This document shows, piece by piece, positions 8,998 through 17,793 of a stretch of 64,000 nt of DNA. Location: assembly GCA_963749935.1 (NCBI GenBank), contig CAVVOH010000003.1, positions 492,153 through 556,152 on the forward strand, read 5' to 3'. The DNA is from an uncultured Verrucomicrobiae bacterium (GTDB taxonomy: Bacteria > Verrucomicrobiota > Verrucomicrobiia > Chthoniobacterales > UBA10450). Within the stretch, counting starts at the first letter, position 1, and the number at the start of each line of letters is the position of its first letter. The notes below the pieces were generated by a model, which was given only the letters and a program-made list of their open reading frames with translations, had not been told where the DNA came from and made no database searches. A program made the translations under genes and the position numbers.

Positions 8998-11764
8998 ACC
9001 AATTACGCAACCAGGCTACTTTTAGCAGATAAGGTTTCGCATCGCGAATCTGGGAAGGCTCATAGGAGTCGAGAAGAACAACCAGGACGTCCACATCCTT
9101 GAGGTCGTACCAGTCTTCATTACGGGCCAGATATCGAATCGTCCAACCAAACTCCCGCGCACAGGCTTCCCCCAGTTCCGAAGCGCTGAAGAAATCGCCT
9201 GCCGCTGCGTCCGGCCCAACCTCGGTAACGGCGAAGGCTACCGTAAATGGAGACTCCGAGAAAAAGAGCCCGTTCGACATCTTATCGATCAGAAAGTTTC
9301 GTCGCAGATACCACCCGTGGCGGTGGAGGAAGTAACTGATGTTATCCCGTCGCCGATCCGCGATGACCTGTTGGCTCTGGTGCTGGCCGCTGGCGCTTTT
9401 GTGGTGAATACCAACGAGATGATTCGCCGAGGCCGAATGCAGACCCATTCGACGTCGAAGAGAAAGCGCCAGATCCACATCCTCGTAGCCGTAAACGTAA
9501 TCTTCACAAAAGCCGCCCACCGCCAGGAAATCCCGCCGCCGGCAGCTTGCCAGAGCGAGATTAACCGCGGGAAACTTCTCCAACAACGGGGGAGTATCAG
9601 TGAGGAGAGAAGACGCGCCTAGATTAAATGGCCGGTGGAAGAAAGAAGGCGGATCCCGTCGGAATTTCACTCCGGCGTGTCGGATCCCGCCGGGAAAATT
9701 GGGTGAATCATCAGGATAGACGAGGCGAAGTCCCACCAGCCCAATGCGTTCATACTCCAGGCAGCGAAGGAGATCGGGCATAACGTCGCTCCGGAAGGTG
9801 ATGTTGCTGTTTACAAAGACGAGATAGTCGGCGTCGGTCTGGTCAGCAGCACGATTGTTGGACTGCGCGAAAGAATGGGTATCCGGGTAGTCATTTACAC
9901 TTATAGGAAGACGATCTTTGAATTCGGCAATGACGTCGCGGCTGTCATCGGTGCAAGCGTGCAGGACGACGCGAAACTCTGTGCTAGGGTGGGTATTGAA
10001 CCTGAGGAACGAGTCAAAGAGATTGCGGAGATTATCTTCGCCCGCATGATGCACGACGATGCAGCAGGCCTTCGCCGACGCGGGAAAAACGCCTGCCGGA
10101 ATCGCCACCGCGTGTTTCTCCGCGGCGGCCTTGCGCATAGTCATGGCTCGGATGATCCGCGCCGGGTCTGGTTCAGCGGACTCCTCCTCCGAGCGCGACA
10201 ACTGAGCTGAACTCGACCTGGGGGCCGGATTGGCACTGGGCGCCTTGAGAGGAGTGGTCCTTTTTGCCTTTGCCCGCTTGAGGTCTTTGCGCGTTTTGGA
10301 AAAGAGGTTTCGAATTTCTTCGACATGATGCCGTGGGCGCCGGCTAACGAGACCCAGCCGGCGAGCGGTGTAGACGATAAAGTGAAAGGCACGCGATTCG
10401 CGCAGTTTGCGAAAATGATCTTCCACGGTGTCGAGCGCCTCCTTCAGAAGACGCCTTTCGGCAGTCATTTCCTCCCTCTGGCGACGCTCGTTCGTTAACT
10501 CGGCATCACGGCGCGCTACAGTCTGCTGGAAAGCGACGATCCGAGCGCTGCTACTCCGGAGGCGGCTCTGGAGGTCATCGACCTTGTCACTCAGCGCGCG
10601 GACGCGAATCTCCCGCGCGGCCAGTTCTTTATCCATGCGTTGGATCTGGCGATTAGTGGCATCGGCCTTCGCCGCCTGATGGAGAGCCTTTATCTCCCGT
10701 CGCACCGTCTCCTGCACTAATCGGGCGATCGCGGCATTTTTCTTCACTTCTTCCCGGGCTGTCCGGAGCGACCCGGATATCTCTGTCAGCTTCTCACGCG
10801 CTGCCTCCACCTCTTCGCGCAGCCGCTTCGTGTCCAAACCGACCAGCTCAGCCCTGCTTTTCCAGACGGCGACACCCGCCTCCCGTTCTTCTGCCCTGGC
10901 CTTCCAGGCCGCAACTTCCGCTTCCCGCTTCTTGACTAGGGCATACTGACGTTCCAGCTCCAGTCCTTGGTCGTGCTGCGCGAGTAACTCTTCCGCTAAA
11001 GCGGAGCATCGAATCGCTTTTGTCATGCTCAGCGCGTTCTTCTTTTCAAACCGCAGCCGAAGCTTCCGTTGCGCCGGACTTAGCTTCGCCGTTATCCCCT
11101 TTTCCTTCGCCCGGTATAACGCTGGATCGATGAACGAAAGGATCTCCTCCGCGGAGGGCAAACGAAGACCCCGCACCCCAGCCGCTTCCAGTTCTTCCAG
11201 CAGTGCCTGCATCGCCGAAACCGGTTCGGATAAAAGCTGAGGATGATTTACCTGGATGCGCTTCCGCTTCAGCGTGGCGTTAAGCGCCGAAGTACTGTAG
11301 CGCTCCCAGAGGGCGAGCCCGAAAGCGATCGAAAATTGGTTCCGCATCTGCAGAGAGCGCGCTACTTCCAGGGGCGACCGATAAACGAAGACGCAGACCG
11401 GGAATTCCAAAAGCTCCAACCAAAGCGGCGCCAGCACGCAGAGACGGGGTTCCTTGATGAACCAGGGCCGATGCGAATCCAGCTGATGAATGATTTGAGC
11501 GGCTTCGCTTTTGAATTGCTCGAGCGTCGCGACCGGGACTCGATCGAGGGAAAACCGGCTCAGTTCATCCCAATCTGCGCCGGCTGCACGCAGCACCATG
11601 TTATTCAAATTGCGCACATCGCGCCGCTCCCAAAAGCCCTTCGGATTCTCCGCGTTAGCCCCGTTAGAAACACCTTCGGGCGCGAAATAGGCGCCCATCA
11701 TATTTAAAAGGCGCGCCGCCAGCGAGGTGCCGGAGCGGTGCATTCCGAGGACAAGAATCTGCAT
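8570..11764 (-). CDS. Giant glycan-synthesis protein, ORF piece 1 of 3: N-terminal sulfotransferase domain, ~190-aa coiled coil, GT2 domain, first CgeB-like module
   Basis: Start placed at MQILVLGMHRSGTSLAARLLN (sulfotransferase PAPS-binding loop at the N-terminus) rather than at the Arg-rich upstream ATG at 11911. Heptad-rich stretch EAEVAAWKARAEEREAG...DKVDDLQSRLRSS...LKEALDTVEDHFRKLRE at about 10380-10950. GT2-like CCIVVHHAGEDNL...DADYLVFVNSN. The frame breaks near 8671. Confidence 0.8.
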   Translation of the reverse strand: MQILVLGMHRSGTSLAARLLNMMGAYFAPEGVSNGANAENPKGFWERRDVRNLNNMVLRAAGADWDELSRFSLDRVPVATLEQFKSEAAQIIHQLDSHRPWFIKEPRLCVLAPLWLELLEFPVCVFVYRSPLEVARSLQMRNQFSIAFGLALWERYSTSALNATLKRKRIQVNHPQLLSEPVSAMQALLEELEAAGVRGLRLPSAEEILSFIDPALYRAKEKGITAKLSPAQRKLRLRFEKKNALSMTKAIRCSALAEELLAQHDQGLELERQYALVKKREAEVAAWKARAEEREAGVAVWKSRAELVGLDTKRLREEVEAAREKLTEISGSLRTAREEVKKNAAIARLVQETVRREIKALHQAAKADATNRQIQRMDKELAAREIRVRALSDKVDDLQSRLRSSSARIVAFQQTVARRDAELTNERRQREEMTAERRLLKEALDTVEDHFRKLRESRAFHFIVYTARRLGLVSRRPRHHVEEIRNLFSKTRKDLKRAKAKRTTPLKAPSANPAPRSSSAQLSRSEEESAEPDPARIIRAMTMRKAAAEKHAVAIPAGVFPASAKACCIVVHHAGEDNLRNLFDSFLRFNTHPSTEFRVVLHACTDDSRDVIAEFKDRLPISVNDYPDTHSFAQSNNRAADQTDADYLVFVNSNITFRSDVMPDLLRCLEYERIGLVGLRLVYPDDSPNFPGGIRHAGVKFRRDPPSFFHRPFNLGASSLLTDTPPLLEKFPAVNLALASCRRRDFLAVGGFCEDYVYGYEDVDLALSLRRRMGLHSASANHLVGIHHKSASGQHQSQQVIADRRRDNISYFLHRHGWYLRRNFLIDKMSNGLFFSESPFTVAFAVTEVGPDAAAGDFFSASELGEACAREFGWTIRYLARNEDWYDLKDVDVLVVLLDSYEPSQIRDAKPYLLKVAWLRNWFERWAARPDFDEYDLFLCSSARSAQWLREVHHKPAQIFPLATNPARFSAGLADARLNSDYCFTGNYWQFDREIGHALQPQQLESYNFAVFGKGWETHPRLRSYARGPLPVRGDANGLCLYQSGDRRRESRDERLGLSELAGL

Positions 11765-11898
11765 GAGCCAGGATAGTGCTTTTACAGCTACGCTCCCGAG
11801 GCTGGAAAGCAACTCTGCGCTCGACCTACCGCAAGCCTGCTGGTTCGAGAAGCCGCGCGCGCGGCGCCTCCGGCGACAGCCCCTCCGCCCCGAGATTC

Positions 11899-11940
11899 GG
11901 ATCGATTCCACGCCTCGTCGCGAGTATTCAGCAGAATTGA
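11899..11940 (+). pseudogene. Relic of the last ~13 codons plus stop of a fourth fibre-gene paralog
   Basis: Own translation ...GSIPRLVASIQQN* resembles the C-termini of the three fibre genes (PIPLLTSIEQN*, APRTVANNP*, VPLTVASTR*). It is followed at the same 7-nt offset by the ccgcggatttcgcgg repeat that follows fibre gene 1. Confidence 0.35.
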
Positions 11941-12212
11941 GTTAAACCGCGGATTTCGCGGATCACACGGATAGCTGAACCAGGGCACCGGCGAACTCTG
12001 ATCCGTTAAATCCTTGTCATCCGTGGTCTAAATCCAAGTGTGTCCGCGCCGCGCGGGACTCGTTTTTGGTCCTTGACAGCTTCCGGGGCTTTCCCAGAGT
12101 CGATCTGCAGAATGAGCTAAAGCGGGCACTGAAGTTTACCTCCCCGGTGGCTTTCTGTTTCCGTTTCAGTCTTCACTTCCATCAACCAGAACCGGGAGAA
12201 AAGGAGATCCGT
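11941..12212 (+). repeat. Conserved inter-paralog module, copy A: ccgcggatttcgcgg hairpin repeat, cttgaca promoter-like box and a long conserved 5' leader of fibre gene 1
   Basis: Aligns by eye with 13640-13924. Shared blocks: ccgcggatttcgcggat(c/g)acacggata, catccgtggtc(t/c)aaatccaagtg, cttgacagc, gaagtttacctccc, ccatcaaccagaaccggga.aaa.ggagatcc.tATG. Its 3' half also aligns with 15841-15986. Confidence 0.75.
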
Positions 12213-13639
12213 ATGTTTCATTTGATTCATTTTATCAAGAACGTGCCGCGCCCGTCACTTTGCCATAATGGTGCTTCGTTTTCCCGGCTCGCGCTGTGCC
12301 TCGTTTGCCTGTTTTTTTTGCCGGCAGCATGGGCCGTCGATCCCCCACCGGATGGCGGCTATCCAAACGGTAACACGGCCGAGGGCGATGATGCGCTCTT
12401 CAGCCTTACTAACGACGGCCTTTGGAACACTGCGGTTGGCTTTCAAGCGCTCTACAGCAACACCAATGGCATCCGGAACACCGCCGTCGGATATATCTCT
12501 TTTTTCTTCGAATGGCCACGCCAACACTGCGATTGGTTTCGGAAGCCTCTCCAGTAATTTGGGCGGCTTCAGCAATACCGCCACTGGTGAAGGGGCGCTC
12601 GGCCTGAATACACTCGGCGCCTATAATACAGCCACCGGTGTGGGGGCGCTCAGAAATAACACAACCGCACTTCACAATACTGCCCATGGGTATTGGGCGC
12701 TCTACAACAACACGACGGGAGCGGACAACCCTGCCAACGGCTACGAAGCACTACTTCAATCTTACCGGCGCATCGAACACCGCCACCGGCTGGCGCGCCC
12801 TCTTCAAACTGGTGATCGCCGGCGGCCTGGTTTCCTTAAACAAAGCCAGTAACAATACTGCAAATGGTTACTGGGCTCTCAACAACAACACGACCGGCCA
12901 TGACAACACCGCCGTCGGCTACTCGGCCCTCTTCAATAACACCACCGGCTCCAACAATATAGCCATCGGCCCTTCCGCTGGCACCAATCTCACGACCGGG
13001 AGCAACAACATCTACATCGGCGCTTATGGCAGCGCGAGCGATTCCAGCGCGATTCGCACTGGCCGCACCGGGCTCCAGACCAGTGCCTACATCACCGGCA
13101 TCCATGGCACGACCGTAGCCGCGGGAATGGCCGTGATGGTCGATTCGAGCGGCCACCTCGGCACTCTTACTTCCTCCGCTCGTTACAAGAAGGCGATCCA
13201 ACCGCTGGATCAGGCGAGCGAAACGATCCTTGATCTGCAGCCGGTCACCTTCCGTTACAAAGAAGAGATCGATCCCGAGGGCATCCCGCAGTTCGGCCTC
13301 GTCGCCGAGGAAGTCGAGAAGGTCAACCCCGATCTCGTTGCGCGCGACGAACAAGGCAAACCTTACACCGTTCGCTACGAAGCGGTCAACGCCATGCTCC
13401 TTAATGAGTTCCTTAAAGCCCATCGTAAAATAACCGAGCAGGAGAGGACGATCAGCCAGCTAGGCTCTACCATCGCCGCCCAAGAGATGGAATTTCGAGC
13501 GACGGTCGCGGGCCTGGATAAGGAGAGGGCCTCTCTCGGCCAAACGCTTAAAAAGCAGGCGGTCCAACTCCAAAAAATAGACGCCCAACTGGGAACTAAC
13601 CGCCCAATTCCCCTTCTCACGAGCATCGAACAGAATTGA
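12213..13639 (+). pseudogene. Surface fibre / tail-fibre-like protein, paralog 1: signal peptide, NTAxG-type ~14-residue repeats, C-terminal intramolecular-chaperone auto-processing (Peptidase S74-like) domain and coiled-coil tail; at least 2 frame breaks
   Basis: Pieces lie in three frames (ORFs 12066-12557, 12268-12852, 12638-13639): MFHLIHF...LPAAWAVDPPPDGGYPNGNTAEGDDALFSL; NTAIGFGSLSSN...NTATGEGALGLN; NNTTGHDNTAVGYSALFNNTTGSNNIAIG...GHLGTLTSSARYKKAIQPLDQASETILDLQPVTFRYKEEIDPEGIPQFGLVAEEVEKVNPDLVARDEQGKPYTVRYEAVNAMLLNEF. Confidence 0.8.
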
Positions 13640-13924
13640 GCTGGACCGCGGATTTCGCGGATGACACGGATAAAACTCCGATCCGGTAAATGCGCTCGCC
13701 AAGGCGTAGCCCGTCCAAGGAGAAGACGAGTCATCCGTGGTCCAAATCCAAGTGCGGCCCGCGCCTCACATTTCCCCTTTGCTGCTTGACAGCATGCGGG
13801 GCTTTCCCCAACGTCGATTTACAGAATAAAGCTAGCATGGCCCCGAAGTTTACCTCCCGGTGCTTCTGTTTCCCGCTTTAGATCGTTATTCCATCAACCA
13901 GAACCGGGAAAAAGGGAGATCCAT
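13640..13924 (+). repeat. Conserved inter-paralog module, copy B (hairpin repeat, promoter-like box, 5' leader of fibre gene 2)
   Basis: See copy A. Begins 7 nt after the stop of fibre gene 1 with ccgcggatttcgcggatgacacggataaa and ends at ggagatccatATG. Confidence 0.75.
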
Positions 13925-15338
13925 ATGTTTACTCGACTCAATCCAGCAATCGCTATTTTACGGCCGTTTCTTCGGCGAACTGGCATTCCGTTGACCAGGC
14001 TCGCTTTGGGCCTCGGTTTGTCTAACCTTTTTGCCCGCAGCCTAGGCGGTCAACCCGCCGCCCGACGGCGGCTACCCCAACCTCAACACGGCAGGGGGGG
14101 AAGACGCTCTTTTCAGCCTGACCATCGGCGCGGGCAATACGGGTGTGGGTTATCATGCGCTCTTTAGCAACACCTCCGGCGACGACAATACCGCCGTTGG
14201 TTTTTCGGCGCTCGACAAGAACAAGACCGGTATTAGTAACACCGCCATTGGTGTTCAGGCACTGCGCGACAACACGGCGTCTAGCAATACGGCCATTGGC
14301 TTTCTTACCCTCTCGAGCAACACGACCGGGAGTTTTAATACGGCTACCGGTGGTTCTGCGCTCGCCTCAAACACAACCGGGTTCAACAACACGGCCAACG
14401 GTACTGCTGCCCTCCTCCAGAACTCCACTGGCTTCGATAACACAGCGATCGGGTATAAAGCCCTTTATTCCAACTCGAGCGGAAGTAGAAACACCGCTTT
14501 AGGTTATGACACGCTCCATTTTAACACCACCGGCACAAACAATACCGCCACCGGCTGGCGTGCCCTCTACAAGAACACCGCTTGCAACAATTCAGCCACT
14601 GGTTACTGGGCGCTGGATAACAACACCACCGGTCATGACAATACCGCCATGGGTTACGCTGCCCTCTTCAACAACACTACCGGTTCCAACAATATCGCCG
14701 TCGGTCCTTCCGCTGGCACCAACCTCACTACCGGGAGCAACAACATCGATATCGGCGCTTTCGGTGGCGGCGGCGATTCGAATACCATCCGCATAGGCCG
14801 CAACGGCCTCCATACCAATGCCTACATCACGGACATCCATGGCACGACCGTACCCGCGGGAGTAGCCGTGATGGTTGACTCAGCCGGCCACCTCGGCACC
14901 ATGACTTCCTCCGCCCGCTACAAGGAGGCGATCGAGCCGATGGACCAGGCCAGCCAATCCATTCTTGATCTCCAGCCGGTCACTTTCCACTATAAAAAAG
15001 AGTTCGACCCCGACGGTCTTCCGCAATTCGGCCTCGTCGCAGAAGAGGTCGAGAAGGTCGCACCCAACCTGGTCGCACGGGACGAGGCGGGTGAACCCTA
15101 TTCGGTTCGCTACGACGCGGTCAACGCGATGCTGCTTAACGAGTTCATTAAGTATCATCGTCAACTGGCGGAACAGGGGCGGAGAGCTGCAGACCAGGAA
15201 GCGACCATTGCGCGGCAGCAAAAGGAGATCGCTGCCTTGACCGCTGCCCTGAAGTCCCAGGCGGCCCAAATCCAGCAGGTCAGTGATCGATTGGAAGCGG
15301 CTCGGATGGCCCCCCGGACGGTCGCGAACAATCCATAG
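13925..15338 (+). pseudogene. Surface fibre / tail-fibre-like protein, paralog 2 (S74-type C-terminal auto-processing domain); one frame break near 14046, just after the signal peptide
   Basis: MFTRLNPAIAILRPF...LALGLGLSNLFARSLG (ORF 13925-14167) joins VNPPPDGGYPNLNTAGGEDALFSLTIGAGNTGVGYHALFSNTSG... (frame of ORF 14145-15338). C-terminal part: GHLGTMTSSARYKEAIEPMDQASQSILDLQPVTFHYKKEFDPDGLPQFGLVAEEVEKVAPNLVARDEAGEPYSVRYDAVNAMLLNEF, then a coiled coil. Confidence 0.85.
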
Positions 15339-15438
15339 GGGCCTGAGGCTTCGGGACGGCTTCTCAAGGACGAATCTTCCCGGTCGAGTTCACGATCTGC
15401 CGGCATCGGAGAGTCGTGCTCACCTGGCGCGCGCGACG

Positions 15439-15565
15439 CTTACATTCTTGACTCCATTGGCGCGCCTTCTAAATTTCAGCCATCTCCCCGTCCGGCACGC
15501 CCCGGCGGCGGATATCAATTTCCTGAGACCAACATCGCTGCCTTTCACCGTTCATCCGTCGGTCG
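15439..15565 (+). repeat. Decayed duplicate of the sdhC promoter and first ~13 codons (direct repeat partner of 17676-17793)
   Basis: cttacattcttgactccattggcgcgcc...cctgagaccaacatcgctgcctttcaccgttcatccgtcggtcg versus cttgcattcttgactccgttgacgcgcc...cctgtgaccaacatcgctgcctttcaccgctcatccgtcggccg. The GTG start is mutated to GAG in this copy. Confidence 0.8.
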
Positions 15566-15840
15566 CAGGCTCGCTCCGCTGCGCAGTGGCAGCGGAATGA
15601 TCAAAAAAATCTTGAAGTGCACGTTACGCGGCGCTTAAGACCCCGAGAGCTTTCGGGGCAGCTGGACGGGCCGCGGAGCGGAACATCTCTCCAACTAGCC
15701 GCCTTCAGAGCAATCAAGCCGACTGGAGCACTGGTGGCAAAAAACCGCTTTAAGCAAAATTAAAAAAACCCGGTTGTCCTTTCATCCCCTCGACCGCCCC
15801 AACTGACAAAACACTACCCCGTCTCGCAGGGTTCACTTTT

Positions 15841-15986
15841 CTGCTTGACGGGCGCCGCGGATTTTTCGGACGCTGTCCTTTGCATGGTGAACTGAATCGG
15901 ACATCGGAGTATCTCTCCCGGCTGCTTCTCTTTCCGCTTCAGGGTCAATTCCAACAATTGTGACCGGGAGCAGAAAGAAGGTATCT
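15841..15986 (+). repeat. Conserved promoter/5' leader module, copy C (upstream of fibre gene 3)
   Basis: ctgcttgac..., ctcccggctgcttctctttccgcttca and attccaacaattgtgaccgggagcagaaagaaggtatctGTG align with the 3' halves of copies A and B. Confidence 0.55.
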
Positions 15987-17578
15987 GTGTTTGCTTCGCT
16001 TCCACGTATTAAACTCCTCTAGCTCATCCCGAATTCGGTTCCGTCCATATCTTGGCGGAGCCGCACTTTTCCTCCTGCCGTAGCGCTCGCTCTTGTCACT
16101 TTGTCGCTTTTGCCCAGCGCGCAGGCGGTCATCCCGCCACCGGAGGGAGGCTATCCCGGCAACAACACGGCGTTGGGAACGGACGCGCTCTTCAGCCTTA
16201 CTATCGGCACCGGCACCACGGCCATCGGTTTTCAGGCTCTGTTTAGCGCTACTGGCGGATACAACACAGCTGTCGGATCTCAGGCGCTCTATAGAAACAC
16301 TGGTAGCGGCAACACAGCCGTGGGTACAGCAGGCGCTCTTTGGCAACACGACCGGCTTCGGCAACACGGCCAACGGTTCTTTTGCGCTCTATCGCAACAC
16401 CACCGGCAGCAGCAACACTGCCGCCGGATTTGGGGCACTTGAACTCAACACCACCGGCAGCAACAACACGGCCGCCGGTTATGGGGCACTTGACGTCAAC
16501 ACCTCCGGTAGCAACAACACTGCCGCCGGTTTCGAAGCGCTCGTCCACAGCGGCACCGGCAGCAACAACACGGCGAACGGTTCTTTTGCACTTCAAAACA
16601 ACACCACTGGGAGTATCAGCACGGCCGAAGGTTTCGAAGCGCTCTACAGCAGCTCGACCGGCGGCGGCAACGTGGCCAATGGTTATCAGGCGCTCCGTTT
16701 TAACACGACCGGGAGTAGCAACACGGCGAACGGTTGGTGCGCCCTATACAAAAACACCAGCGCGAGCAATAATACCGCCGACGGTTATTGGGCCCTGAAT
16801 AATAACACCACCGGCCACGACAACACGGCCCTCGGTTACTCCGCCCTCTTCAACAACACCATCGGGAGCAACAACATTGCGCTGGGTCCCTCGGCCGGCA
16901 CCAATCTCACCACCGGGAGCAACAATATCGACATTGGCGCGCTCGGCGGCGCCGGGGAATCTAACACCATTCGCATCGGCCGCTCAGGCTTTCAGACCAA
17001 CGCCTATATCACCGGCATCAGCGGCGTGACGGTGGCCGGAGGCGTGAGCGTAATCGTGGATGCCAATGGCCATCTTGGCACCCTCAATTCCTCGGCCCGT
17101 TACAAAGAGGCGATCCAACCGATGGACAAGACGAGCGAAGCCATTCTGGCCCTTAAGCCGGTCACCTTCCGCTATAAGGAGGAGCTGGATGCGGCAGGTA
17201 TTCCGCAGTTCGGTCTCGTCGCCGAAGAGGTGGCTAAGGTCGATCCCACTCTGGTGCACGCGATGAAGAAAGCCTTACACCGGTACGCTACGAAGCGGTG
17301 AACGCGATGTTGCTAAACGAGTTCTCAAAACGCATCGCAAAGTGGAGGAACACGAGAGAAAAGTCGCAGTCCAAGAACGCAATTTGGACGAACAGAATAG
17401 CGCGCTCGCCCAAGTAAAGACAGTCATTGCCAAACAGGAAGGCATCATTGCGCAACAGCAAAAGGAAATTGCCGGCCTTACGGCGAGTCTAAAAGCACAC
17501 GCTTCTCGCATCCAGCAGGTAAGCGAACAACTGGCCGCGAGCCGATCCGTTCCCCTAACCGTCGCGAGCACTCGGTAG
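15987..17578 (+). pseudogene. Surface fibre / tail-fibre-like protein, paralog 3 (S74-type C-terminal domain); about 4 frame breaks (~16015, ~16330, ~17255, ~17320)
   Basis: GTG start at the position homologous to paralogs 1 and 2. LVTLSLLPSAQAVIPPPEGGYPGNNTALGTDALFSLTIGTGTTAIGFQAL (ORF 16101-16442). NTTGSSNTAAGFGALELNTTGSNNTAAGYGALDVNTSG...GHLGTLNSSARYKEAIQPMDKTSEAILALKPVTFRYKEELDAAGIPQFGLVAEEVAKVDP (ORF 16093-17301). Coiled-coil tail in ORF 17342-17578. Confidence 0.8.
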
Positions 17579-17675
17579 GAAGCGACGCTCAGAGACGGCG
17601 GCGAAAATCAGAAAGAAATCCTGCCCCCGATCCGCTGGATCTTCGTGGAGAGGGTGCGCCCGCCTCCTCTGCATA

Positions 17676-17793
17676 CTTGCATTCTTGACTCCGTTGACGC
17701 GCCCCATAATTTCTGCTATCGCCCGCTCCTGCCTCTGCGAGATCAATTCCTGTGACCAACATCGCTGCCTTTCACCGCTCATCCGTCGGCCGG
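17676..17793 (+). repeat. Functional copy of the sdhC promoter/5' end (direct repeat partner of 15439-15565)
   Basis: Same alignment as for 15439-15565. Contains ttgact...cataat promoter-like boxes and the GTG start of sdhC at 17752. Confidence 0.8.

Noticed and set aside
11765-11911. Arg-rich N-terminal extension (MESIRISGRRGCRRRRRARG...) of ORF 8570-11911
   Set aside because: It has no homology and an unlikely composition, and the region carries the relic fibre-gene 3' end on the other strand. The sulfotransferase P-loop right after M at 11764 fits a normal N-terminus.
15600-15840. Hairpins ccgctgc-gcagtg-gcagcgg (~15574-15593) and ccccgagagctttcgggg (~15641-15658), considered as terminators after fibre gene 2
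   Set aside because: Neither is followed by a T-tract, and they lie 250-300 nt beyond the stop. I cannot support a terminator call.
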